DNA from: Candidatus Moranbacteria bacterium CG_4_9_14_3_um_filter_44_28
Lineage (GTDB): Bacteria; Patescibacteriota; Minisyncoccia; Moranbacterales; UBA11712
Assembly (NCBI GenBank): GCA_002790655.1
Contig: PFVO01000042.1
Span: 1-50,562 of the forward strand
Direction: 5' to 3'
DNA length: 50,562 nucleotides
A program made the translations under genes and the position numbers. The notes below the pieces were generated by a model that was not told where the DNA came from, did no database searches, and saw nothing but the letters and a program-made list of their open reading frames with translations. This document shows positions 27,591 to 36,069 of this stretch, in pieces. Numbering within the stretch: the first letter of the stretch is position 1; each line of letters begins with the position of its first letter.

Positions 27591-28043
27591 ATGAAAGTTA
27601 TTTTACTGCAAGACGTTGAAAATCTGGGCAAGGAAGGAGAGGTTAAAGAAGTCGCTGATGGATTTGCGAGAAATTTTTTGCTTCCCAAGAAGCTGGCGGA
27701 GATCGCAACCGATGACGCAGTAAAAAAAGCTGAAAGCAAAAAACAAAAAAAGGCCGAGGAGGCGAAAACAGAACTCGAAGAAGTCCAAAAGCTGGCCGAA
27801 CAGCTGGAAGGGAGAGAATTATACATCAAGGTCAAAGAAGAAGACGGAAAACTTTTTGGCTCGATTAATGAAAAAACAATCGCAAAAACTTTCAAAGATG
27901 AGGGATTGAATATCAATCCGGAAAACGTGAAACTTGCCGAACCGATAAAGGAAATGGGCGAATACGACGCCCAAATCAATCTCGACCACGGACTGGAAGC
28001 AAATATTCGAATAATTCTTGTCAGTGAAAGCGAAGAGAAATAA
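27591..28043 (+). CDS. rplI: 50S ribosomal protein L9
   Basis: MKVILLQDV..LG..G...EVADGFARNFLLP; GKLFGSI. Confidence 0.98.
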   Translation: MKVILLQDVENLGKEGEVKEVADGFARNFLLPKKLAEIATDDAVKKAESKKQKKAEEAKTELEEVQKLAEQLEGRELYIKVKEEDGKLFGSINEKTIAKTFKDEGLNINPENVKLAEPIKEMGEYDAQINLDHGLEANIRIILVSESEEK

Positions 28044-28070
28044 TTTTGTTTAGCATTTTAATAATTTTAG

Positions 28071-28098
28071 ATAGGGGTGAACTCATCACCCCTATTTT
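28071..28098 (+). terminator. Rho-independent terminator after rplI
   Basis: ATAGGGGTGA-ACTCA-TCACCCCTAT followed by TTT. Confidence 0.7.
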
Positions 28099-28109
28099 CT
28101 TAAAAAAAT

Positions 28110-29744
28110 ATGAAAAAGCCGAAATACATTTTTGTCGTAGGGGGAGTTATGAGCGGCGTTGGAAAAGGAACCACCACCGCGTCAATCGGAAATATTTTGC
28201 AATCCAAAGGGTATTGCGTGACAGCGATGAAAATTGATCCGTATCTGAACGTCGATGCCGGAACGATGAACCCGACCGAGCACGGCGAAGTTTTTGTGCT
28301 GGACGACGGAATGGAAACCGACCAGGATATGGGACACTATGAAAGATTTATGAATCTGACGCTTCCAAGCATCAGCTATATGACCAATGGAATGGTCTAT
28401 AAAACAATAATCGACCGTGAGCGTTCGATGGGCTATGGCGGCCGATGTGTTGACGTTGTTCCCGACGTTCCAAAGGAAATTATTCATCGAATCCAAAAAG
28501 CCCGTCAACATGCCAAAGCGGAAATTATGCTTGTTGAAATCGGCGGTACGCTTGGAGAGTATCAAGGTTTGCTTTTCCTTGAAGCCGGCAGAATGCTTCG
28601 CCTTGAAAATCGCGGGGATGTCCTTTTTGTCCTCGTAAGCTATCTTCCTGTCCCGCCAAAAATCGGAGAAATGAAGACAAAACCAACTCAATACGCGGTC
28701 CGGTCTCTGAACGCCGCTGGAATTCAGCCCGACGTTATCATTGCCCGGAGTGAACTTCCGCTAGACAAAAAGCGAAAGGAAAAAATCGCCGACCACTGCA
28801 ATTTACGCGAGGAAGACGTGATAAGCGCTCCTGATATTGAATCAGTCTATGAAGTGCCGGTAAATTTCGAAAAAGATAGAATCAGTGAAATTCTCCTTGA
28901 AAAACTCGGCCTCAAAGCAAAAAAGAAAGATATGAAAAAATGGCGCGCACTCGTAAAGAACATCAAACTTTCAAAAAAACCATTGCGAATTGGAATTGTC
29001 GGAAAATATTTTGGGACGGGAGATTTCGTTCTTTCGGACGCTTATATTTCCGTCATTGAGGCCATCAAACACGCCTGCTATTCATTCAAGCGAAAGCCGG
29101 CTATCAACTGGCTCAACAGCGAAGAATACGAAAAAAATCCGTCAAAACTAAAAGAACTTAAAAAATACGCCGGCATTATCGTCCCGGGCGGATTCGGGGA
29201 GCGGGGAGTGGAAGGAAAAATAAAGGCCATCAAATTCTGCCGCAAAAACAAAATTCCGTACTTTGGGCTATGTTACGGAATGCAGTTGATGGTTATTGAA
29301 TTTGCGCGAAATGTTTTGGGTATGAAAGGGGCAAACACAACTGAAATAAACCGGAACACAAAATATTCGGTCATCGACATTATGCCCGAGCAGAAAAAGA
29401 ATCTGGCTGACAAAAATTACGGAGCGACAATGCGGCTGGGAGCCTATCCCGCCATTTTGAAAAAAGGAACGATTGCGCACCAAGCTTATAAAAAACAAAC
29501 CATCTCCGAACGCCATCGCCACCGCTGGGAAGTAAATCCGGAATATATTGAAATTCTAGAGAAAAAGAGTCTGGTATTTTCCGGGAAATCTCCCGACGGC
29601 CGCCTTATGGAAATCGCCGAGCTTCCAAAAAAAACTCACCCGTTTTTTCTGGGAACCCAATTCCACCCGGAATTCAAATCCTCACCGCTCGTGCCACATC
29701 CATTGTTTCGGGAGTTTGTGAAAATAGCAATAAACAAAAAATAG
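28110..29744 (+). CDS. pyrG: CTP synthase
   Basis: GGVMSGVGKG, KIDPYLNVDAGTM, KTKPTQ, GLCYGMQ, QFHPE. Confidence 0.98.
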   Translation: MKKPKYIFVVGGVMSGVGKGTTTASIGNILQSKGYCVTAMKIDPYLNVDAGTMNPTEHGEVFVLDDGMETDQDMGHYERFMNLTLPSISYMTNGMVYKTIIDRERSMGYGGRCVDVVPDVPKEIIHRIQKARQHAKAEIMLVEIGGTLGEYQGLLFLEAGRMLRLENRGDVLFVLVSYLPVPPKIGEMKTKPTQYAVRSLNAAGIQPDVIIARSELPLDKKRKEKIADHCNLREEDVISAPDIESVYEVPVNFEKDRISEILLEKLGLKAKKKDMKKWRALVKNIKLSKKPLRIGIVGKYFGTGDFVLSDAYISVIEAIKHACYSFKRKPAINWLNSEEYEKNPSKLKELKKYAGIIVPGGFGERGVEGKIKAIKFCRKNKIPYFGLCYGMQLMVIEFARNVLGMKGANTTEINRNTKYSVIDIMPEQKKNLADKNYGATMRLGAYPAILKKGTIAHQAYKKQTISERHRHRWEVNPEYIEILEKKSLVFSGKSPDGRLMEIAELPKKTHPFFLGTQFHPEFKSSPLVPHPLFREFVKIAINKK

Positions 29745-29766
29745 AAGCGTTGTTGCTTCTATTTTT
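29737..29766. terminator. Bidirectional terminator between pyrG and rpmA
   Basis: AAAAATAGAAGC-GTTGTT-GCTTCTATTTTT. Confidence 0.7.
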
Positions 29767-29781
29767 ATTCTGTAAAAAATT

Positions 29782-30054
29782 TCATTCTACACTCACGAAT
29801 TGAGCGCGTTCAAGTTTCCCGGTGAATTTCCTGATTTTTCTCGCCGAAAATTTGACAATTCCATCCGCAATTGCAAAAAGAGTATCATCGCTCCCGCGTT
29901 TCACATTTTTTCCGGGACGGAATTTTGTTCCTCGTTGGCGGATGATTATATTTCCTGTCACAACTTTCTCACCGCCAAATTTCTTGACGCCAAGTCGCTT
30001 TGAAATCGAATCTCGTCCGAGTTGAGTGCTTCCTCCGGCTTTCCTGTGCGCCAT
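29782..30054 (-). CDS. rpmA: 50S ribosomal protein L27
   Basis: [25 protein letters not shown]. Confidence 0.98.
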   Translation of the reverse strand: MAHRKAGGSTQLGRDSISKRLGVKKFGGEKVVTGNIIIRQRGTKFRPGKNVKRGSDDTLFAIADGIVKFSARKIRKFTGKLERAQFVSVE

Positions 30055-30130
30055 AAAATTAAATTAAATAGTAAAAAGAAAATAGCAAATATTTTTGAGG
30101 ACTATTGGATTTTATATTATAATATGGAAA

Positions 30131-30601
30131 ATGTCAACTTTCGAAGAGCTAAACCAAAATCAAATCCACAAAAAACCGACTCTTTCTCAAAAAATCAGTA
30201 AATTTTGGCTTGAATACGGGGACAAAATTATTCTTGCAATTGGTATTATTTTGATCGCGGAAATTTCATTTGAAGCCGGTTTTTTGCACGGGGAAAAGAA
30301 TAAAAAAGAGCCAATTGTAGTCAATCAACCGGCTTGCGCGCCTTGTCCAAAAGTTGAGGAAAATACTAATGCCAGTACAAACAATAATAATCCCCAGCAA
30401 AACAATCAAAGCAAAACCGAAACCCAACCGAATACTGAAAATCAAAAATGCGCCTTCGTTGCCAGTAAAAACTCAAACAAATATCACCTCCCGACCTGCC
30501 AGTGGGCCAACAAAATCAAACCGGAAAACAGAATTTGCTTTTCATCAAAAGAAGAAGCCGAGAGCAGGGGATACCAGCCGGCTAAATGTTGTATAAAGTA
30601 A
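30131..30601 (+). CDS. Membrane-anchored protein with a C-terminal Ada metal-binding-like domain
   Basis: TM, N/Q-rich linker, FVASKNSNKYHLPTC...I...N.ICF....EA...GY.P..C; start ATG 30131. Confidence 0.75.
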   Translation: MSTFEELNQNQIHKKPTLSQKISKFWLEYGDKIILAIGIILIAEISFEAGFLHGEKNKKEPIVVNQPACAPCPKVEENTNASTNNNNPQQNNQSKTETQPNTENQKCAFVASKNSNKYHLPTCQWANKIKPENRICFSSKEEAESRGYQPAKCCIK

Positions 30602-30612
30602 TTCCACAGAAC

Positions 30613-31110
30613 TTAACCCTCGAGCCTTTTTTGAAATAAATGCTCGCTTTTTTTATGTTTCCGATAGCGGACAATGAGAAGAACAAGCCCTGTGTAAACG
30701 AGAAGCGCAATCGCCCCGGCAACGATAAAGAAGCCAAGAATAATCGGCAGGGTACAATTAAAGAAAAAAACTTTTCCGATAAAAAATTTCCAGCCCAGAT
30801 GGCGGTTTGAATTGAAGCTACTCATCAGACTTTCATAATTGTTTCCGGTCAAAAACGCTCCGACAAAAACCGCGGCCGGCAAAACTACGAACGTAGCCCA
30901 CATATTGGTTGCTATCACACCGGCCGCCGCCGCCAGACGATTGAAACGAAGAAGAGTTGAAACGATCAGAGTCGTTGCCACGCCTTCACCCGGCGCAATG
31001 CCGAAAAATACTCCCAGCGCGGCGCCGGCCGCGATTTTGTGGGGCGTGTCATCAATAAGAAAAAATCTTTTCAGGAAATTCTTAATCTTATCTTTGGACC
31101 ATCTGTACAT
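30613..31110 (-). CDS. DUF2062-like membrane protein
   Basis: DTPHKIAAGAALGVFFGI.P, RFN..AA...TN. Confidence 0.8.
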   Translation of the reverse strand: MYRWSKDKIKNFLKRFFLIDDTPHKIAAGAALGVFFGIAPGEGVATTLIVSTLLRFNRLAAAAGVIATNMWATFVVLPAAVFVGAFLTGNNYESLMSSFNSNRHLGWKFFIGKVFFFNCTLPIILGFFIVAGAIALLVYTGLVLLIVRYRKHKKSEHLFQKRLEG

Positions 31111-31113
31111 GAC

Positions 31114-32235
31114 TTACGATTTTTTAACAACAAAACTTTTTGATTCTTTATCCACTTCTTTTGCTTTTTCAACTTTTTTTCGTGTCTCGAAAGGCAAAAT
31201 TCCGAGAATATTTTTGAGGGCAATGCCATCAACCTTGAGAACTTCCTCCCATTTGTCAAGCGGCTCAAGAATTGAGCGCAGTTTTTCTTTATCGTACTTA
31301 TACGTCTTCCGGAGAGCCCGCAAAATTCTTCCCTGATCCGAAAAAACCTGCTCAATCGCATTATCATCCATATATTTACTGATAATCTCCTGTATCTTCA
31401 TAGTCCGGTCTGATTTTGAACCAATCTCGCCCTTGAGATTGATATATTCATTAATATATTTTTTGATTTCGTCGTCTTTGATTTCCTGCTTCTTGAATTT
31501 GTGCTTCCACATCGGGCAGAGATTCTGATATCCGCACCAGTCGCAAAGCCCGGAAATTTGCGGTTCGAATTTTGACTGGTTTATCTGATTAATGAGGTCA
31601 AGCATTAGCTCTTCGCTTTTTTTCACTTGCTCCAATGTTCTTCGGGAGGATAATTTTACTCCGTGCTTTAGGTAATAAAGGCTCACTTTTATTTTATCAA
31701 GATTGTCAATCTCCTTCGGATAGCGTTCCAAAAACTCGTCGAGGTATATGGAAAGCTGAAGGTCATTGTCCACTTTTTCCTGACTAGGCAGTTTGCGGGT
31801 GGTTTTATAATCGATTATTTCGTATCCGTCTTCAGTTTTGTCGATTCGGTCGATAATTCCCGCGACAATATGTTTTTCGCCACCCCTTTCAATTTCAACC
31901 TGAAAGCGGGATTCCAAATCAATGATATTTATTCTCGCCGGATCATTTTTTTTGTAATAATCCTGAAGCATCGAAACGCCTTGCGCGAAGGCCGCCCGTT
32001 CCTCGGTCTCATCGGAAAAAACCTCCGCGTTCCAATTTTTGGAATAAAAATCAAGCGCCTGTTCGAGAGTGGGGGAAAGAATTCCGGGAGTATGCACCAG
32101 CTTCAACGTACTGTGAAGAAGCGTCCCGAAAAACTGCTCCTTGGATTTGGGAACTTTTATCCGGTCGATTTCCTGATATTTGTACTTTCGCGGACAGGTG
32201 CGAAAGGTATCCAGAGCGGAATAAGAAGTATTCAT
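31114..32235 (-). CDS. PD-(D/E)XK nuclease, RecB/AddB/Cas4-like, with a putative 4Fe-4S cysteine staple
   Basis: SYS.L..F..CP, FG..LH, GIIDRID, IIDYKT, QL.IY, CDWC.....C; start ATG 32235. Confidence 0.88.
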   Translation of the reverse strand: MNTSYSALDTFRTCPRKYKYQEIDRIKVPKSKEQFFGTLLHSTLKLVHTPGILSPTLEQALDFYSKNWNAEVFSDETEERAAFAQGVSMLQDYYKKNDPARINIIDLESRFQVEIERGGEKHIVAGIIDRIDKTEDGYEIIDYKTTRKLPSQEKVDNDLQLSIYLDEFLERYPKEIDNLDKIKVSLYYLKHGVKLSSRRTLEQVKKSEELMLDLINQINQSKFEPQISGLCDWCGYQNLCPMWKHKFKKQEIKDDEIKKYINEYINLKGEIGSKSDRTMKIQEIISKYMDDNAIEQVFSDQGRILRALRKTYKYDKEKLRSILEPLDKWEEVLKVDGIALKNILGILPFETRKKVEKAKEVDKESKSFVVKKS

Positions 32236-32279
32236 ACTAGTACGAATTTTACCCGCCTTTCTTTTTTCCCGCAAGTTTA

Positions 32280-32316
32280 CCCCGACACCGGATAAGGAAT
32301 TCGGTGTCGGGGCGGG
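32280..32316. mobile_element. Intergenic CCCC...GGGG family hairpin
   Basis: TTTA|CCCCGACACCG-N11-CGGTGTCGGGG-CGGG. Confidence 0.65.
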
Positions 32317-32345
32317 TTGAAATAAAAAAAGAAAGGTGATAGAAT
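32317..32345 (+). promoter_or_regulatory. Sigma70 promoter with extended -10
   Basis: TTGAAA, 17 nt, TGn-TAGAAT. Confidence 0.65.
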
Positions 32346-32381
32346 GAAAACAACTGAAATTTAATCATTAATCCAACCGCT

Positions 32382-32639
32382 ATGACGGAGCAGGAAGTCG
32401 GAAAAGTAATCCACTACTACAACAAGGCGATGGTGGCGGTAGTGAGGCTTTCCGGAAATCTCAAGACGGGAGACGCGATAAAAATCGCAAAAGGCGAAGA
32501 CGAATTCGAGATGAAAATCGCCTCAATGCAGGTCAACCACGAGTCGGTCGAGAGCGGCAAGGCAGGTGATGAAGTGGCGATTAAGGTTGATAGCCCGACC
32601 AAAGAAGGAGCGGCAGTCAGCCTTGTAACAGCGGAGTAG
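32382..32639 (+). CDS. Translation elongation factor-like small beta-barrel protein (U32 C-terminal-like)
   Basis: VGKVIHYY.K..VAVV.L...LK.GD, SMQ, GDEVAIKV. Confidence 0.8.
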   Translation: MTEQEVGKVIHYYNKAMVAVVRLSGNLKTGDAIKIAKGEDEFEMKIASMQVNHESVESGKAGDEVAIKVDSPTKEGAAVSLVTAE

Positions 32640-32761
32640 CTGGAAAAAAAACTTGAACTTTAACTCACTCGGAACACGAGATGGGTTGGTGTTGTCTTGC
32701 AGATGTCTAGCCCTGCAAAAATTTCTGCAATAAATTGTTTATGAATAGAGTAATATAATAA

Positions 32762-33973
32762 ATGCATATGAAAAAGAAAAGGATTTATCTGGATTATGCT
32801 TCAACCACCCCGCTTGACCCGCGGGTTTTTGCCACGATGAAACCTTATTTTCAGGAAAAATTCGGCAACCCGATGTCGCTTCACTCATTCGGACAAGAGG
32901 CGAGCAAGGCAGTGGAAAAAGCGCGAAAATATGCGGCTGATTTTTTTGGATGCGAGCCCAGTGAAATAATTTTCACTTCCGGAGCAACGGAAAGCAACAA
33001 CCTTGTTATCAAAGGAGTGACTATCGGCTATGCGTCGCAACTCAAAAAAAATAAAAAAAATAAGCTAAAGCCGCATATTATTACTACCCAATTTGAACAT
33101 TCCTGCGTCTTGAGCGCCTGCAAGAAACTTGAGGAGCAGGGGATGGCGGAAATTACTTACTTGCCCGTAGAGAAAGAAGGAGTCGTTAATATAAAAGAGG
33201 CACAAAGAGCCATAAAAAAGAATACTATCCTGGTTTCCATAATGTACGTCAACAATGAAATCGGAACTATTCAGCCGATCAAAGAGATTGGAAAATTAAT
33301 CACCAAAATCAACGAAAACCGTGGAACAAAAATTATTTTCCACACCGATGCAGTGCAGGCAATCAACTATCTTGATTGCAAAGTTGACAATCTCGGTACA
33401 GACCTCCTCACTGCATCCGCTCACAAGATTTACGGCCCGAAAGGCGTCGGATGTCTCTATATTCGCAAAAATACGCCGATCCGGCGAATCCAAGACGGCG
33501 GGGGACATGAATTTGGCCTGCGTTCCGGTACCCACAACGTCCCCGGAATCGTCGGTTTAGGAATGGCGCTCGAACTTGCCGACAAAGAAAGAAAGAAAAA
33601 TTATAAAATTGTCGAGAAACTGCGCGATCATCTGATTTCACGGATTATGAAGGAAATCAAGGGGGTGAAACTCAACGGATCAAAAATAAAACGAATTCCC
33701 AACAATGCCAACTTTATTTTTAAGGATGCAGAAGGCGAGGGACTATTGCTGGGACTGGATATGAAGGGTATTGCCGTTTCTACCGGAAGTGCCTGCTCGG
33801 CCGGCGACCTTCGTCCATCACATGTTCTTTTGGCAATCGGTCTTTCCGAAGAAGAAAGTCACGGGAGCCTTCGCGTAACACTTGGGAAGTACACAACAAA
33901 GCAGGAAGTTGATTATTTTATCAATGCGCTAAAAGAAGTTGTTAATCGATTAAGAAAGATAGCAGGAAAATGA
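32762..33973 (+). CDS. iscS: Cysteine desulfurase
   Basis: YLDYASTTP, FTSGATE, HTDAVQ, SAHKIYGPKG, STGSAC. Confidence 0.96.
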   Translation: MHMKKKRIYLDYASTTPLDPRVFATMKPYFQEKFGNPMSLHSFGQEASKAVEKARKYAADFFGCEPSEIIFTSGATESNNLVIKGVTIGYASQLKKNKKNKLKPHIITTQFEHSCVLSACKKLEEQGMAEITYLPVEKEGVVNIKEAQRAIKKNTILVSIMYVNNEIGTIQPIKEIGKLITKINENRGTKIIFHTDAVQAINYLDCKVDNLGTDLLTASAHKIYGPKGVGCLYIRKNTPIRRIQDGGGHEFGLRSGTHNVPGIVGLGMALELADKERKKNYKIVEKLRDHLISRIMKEIKGVKLNGSKIKRIPNNANFIFKDAEGEGLLLGLDMKGIAVSTGSACSAGDLRPSHVLLAIGLSEEESHGSLRVTLGKYTTKQEVDYFINALKEVVNRLRKIAGK

Positions 33974-34022
33974 TTCCGCTTCAGCGGAATCATCCCGAGC
34001 GAGCGTAGTGAGCCGAGGGATC
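33970..34022. mobile_element. Intergenic partial TCATCCCGAG...GAGGGATC element with an upstream hairpin
   Basis: Perfect 11-bp stem ATGATTCCGCT/AGCGGAATCAT, then TCATCCCGAGCGA...AGCCGAGGGATC matching 22013-22037. Confidence 0.75.
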
Positions 34023-34055
34023 CCCTCAAATTACCAAACGGCCAAACTAAACATT

Positions 34056-34520
34056 ATGAACTATTCAAAACTCGTCCTCCAGCATTTCATGCACCCCAAA
34101 AACCAAGGCCGGCTCAAAAATCCGGACGGGGTTGGTATGGTTGGCAATCCGGCTTGCGGTGATATTATGACGGTTTATATCAAAGTAAAAAAAATCAAAG
34201 GCAAACCCCAAAGCAGAACAAGTTCGCTACGGGGCGAGGAAATTATTTCCGACATCAAATTTGAAACTTTGGGCTGCGCCGCGGCGATCGCAACCTCATC
34301 TATGGTCACTGAAATGGCCAAAGGCAAAAATTTGAACGACGCAGCCAAAATCACGCGCCAGGACGTCGCTAGCGGCCTTGAGGGCCTTCCGCCGGCCAAA
34401 ATGCACTGCTCAAACCTCGCCGAAGAAGCCCTGAAACGGGCAATTGAGGATTATAGGCCTAAATCACTAGGGAAGACGAAAACTCGGAAATCAACCGGGA
34501 ATAGAAAAAGGGGGAAATAA
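34056..34520 (+). CDS. iscU: Fe-S cluster scaffold IscU/NifU
   Basis: HF.HPKN.G, GNPACGD, FETLGC, LPPAKMHCS; start ATG 34056. Confidence 0.95.
   Translation: MNYSKLVLQHFMHPKNQGRLKNPDGVGMVGNPACGDIMTVYIKVKKIKGKPQSRTSSLRGEEIISDIKFETLGCAAAIATSSMVTEMAKGKNLNDAAKITRQDVASGLEGLPPAKMHCSNLAEEALKRAIEDYRPKSLGKTKTRKSTGNRKRGK
34206..34235. mobile_element. In-frame palindromic insertion in iscU
   Basis: CCCCAAAGCAGAACAAGTTCGCTACGGGG imperfect hairpin; encodes PQSRTSSLRG in the beta-hairpin loop. Confidence 0.7.
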
Positions 34521-34547
34521 TTTTTTTCTTCATATTTATTTATAAAT

Positions 34548-34584
34548 AAAACCTCCGCTGAAAAAGAGTAGGGCGGAGGTTTTT
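34548..34584. terminator. Terminator after iscU (potentially bidirectional)
   Basis: AAAACCTCCGC...GCGGAGGTTTTT. Confidence 0.7.
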
Positions 34585-34735
34585 GGTTGCAGAAAAATAA
34601 TTTTTATTCTTATCTTGTTTTTCAAAAATTCAGAGGGAAAGAAGAGGCTAGGATATGGATATAGTGTCGTACAATGTAGCTTGGACGACATTTCTTATTG
34701 TCCAAGCTAATTATTAAACTACCGTTTGCCGTTTA

Positions 34736-36058
34736 TTAATGGTAAACAATCATCTGGTCAACCACTACACCGCTTCCGTATAAAGCGCCCACGTAGGCTT
34801 TCGTCGAGCTCAAGAAAATATTAGCTCCCCAATAAGGATCGTGGACGACGTATTCCCCGTTTTTATCTTTTGAGTGAATGATCACGTAATGGCCCGCTCC
34901 CCTCTTCACAGCTTTCACAAAAACAATAACCGGATTTTTATTTTTCAACTCCTTGTCAACTGTATCCCAGTCAATATTTCCATGTCCCGTGGAAGACGCA
35001 AGCTCCACTCCTTTCCACGATTTCGGCCAAACGATAAGATCATGATAAAAAACCGGCTGCTGGGCAAGAACGCCGGGATTGATATCAACCCCGTGATAGC
35101 GAAAAACCATCGAGACCGCCGTCACCGCGCAACCATAGCTTTTCATAAGCGTGTTTGAAAAGCCAATATGCTGATCGCCCCAGCGCGGATCACGCTGGGA
35201 AAAATACCAGCTTGTTGAAGCCAGCCCCGATTTGGGTTTTTTAAGTGTTGCTTCCACTGCCGCGAGATCCGCGCTTTTTTCCTGACTCAATTCGGAAATA
35301 TCCCCAAGAAGTTCCTGTTTCTGCTCTTCCACCCGGGCCAGCATCTCCTGATACTTCTGCTCTTCCCCTCGCGTCTCGGTCAAAAGAGTTTCTTTGGATC
35401 CTTGCTCGTTGTCAAGGTAGTGCTTTTTCTCACCAATCTGACCCTGTTTTTCCTTGAGCTCATTGTTTTTGTCCTCGAGTTTTCTTTTGCTATCAGCCAA
35501 TTCATCCCGGGCGCTTATCACTGACGTCAAAACCTCGTCAACTTTAGCTCCCGTTTGAGCTACATAATCCGGCTGGCTCAAATAGCTGGAAAGGCTAACG
35601 TCGCGAAGCATTAATTCCATCAAAGAATCCCGATTATTTTCGTAATATGCCTGAAGCACGCTTCCCAGCAGTTCTTTTTTGTAATCAATTTCCTTTTCTT
35701 TTTCTCCGATTTGCTTGACCAAACTATCTATATCATTTGTTGTCGCGTCAATCTGCACTTGAAGCTTGGCGATATCATTTTCCAGGCTGGCAATTTGCCC
35801 CTCCATAAGTTCAATTTGATTTTGAAGCGTCTGGGCTTTGCTTTGCTTCATTTCAATCATCTGGCGATAGCTTTCCGCTTTTTTCTGAAGGTCCTCAATT
35901 TGCTCCTGTTTATTCTGAATTTGCTGCTGATTGCTGTTATCGGTCGTACTTTGAGCAATAACGCAGCTAAATAAAAAAGAAAAAATCAAAAAAGTTATCG
36001 CAAAGCGATTCCATATATTTGATATTTGATATTTGATATTTGATATTAACTCGAACAT
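34736..36058 (-). CDS. Secreted coiled-coil protein with a C-terminal C39-like (papain-fold) peptidase; probable cell-wall hydrolase
   Basis: Signal peptide, long PcsB/CwlO-like coil, SQRDPRW, GCAVTA, HYVI, HDP. Confidence 0.82.
   Translation of the reverse strand: MFELISNIKYQISNIWNRFAITFLIFSFLFSCVIAQSTTDNSNQQQIQNKQEQIEDLQKKAESYRQMIEMKQSKAQTLQNQIELMEGQIASLENDIAKLQVQIDATTNDIDSLVKQIGEKEKEIDYKKELLGSVLQAYYENNRDSLMELMLRDVSLSSYLSQPDYVAQTGAKVDEVLTSVISARDELADSKRKLEDKNNELKEKQGQIGEKKHYLDNEQGSKETLLTETRGEEQKYQEMLARVEEQKQELLGDISELSQEKSADLAAVEATLKKPKSGLASTSWYFSQRDPRWGDQHIGFSNTLMKSYGCAVTAVSMVFRYHGVDINPGVLAQQPVFYHDLIVWPKSWKGVELASSTGHGNIDWDTVDKELKNKNPVIVFVKAVKRGAGHYVIIHSKDKNGEYVVHDPYWGANIFLSSTKAYVGALYGSGVVVDQMIVYH
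36015..36047. repeat. Heptamer tandem repeat (ATATTTG) x4.7 in the 5' end of the ORF
   Basis: Read directly; translates as ISNIKYQISNI. Confidence 0.85.
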
Positions 36059-36069
36059 TTTCAGAACAA

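Noticed and set aside
32640..32761. Possible riboswitch or ncRNA upstream of iscS
   Set aside because: Only short imperfect stems; no recognisable riboswitch consensus by eye (an Rfam/Infernal scan would be decisive)
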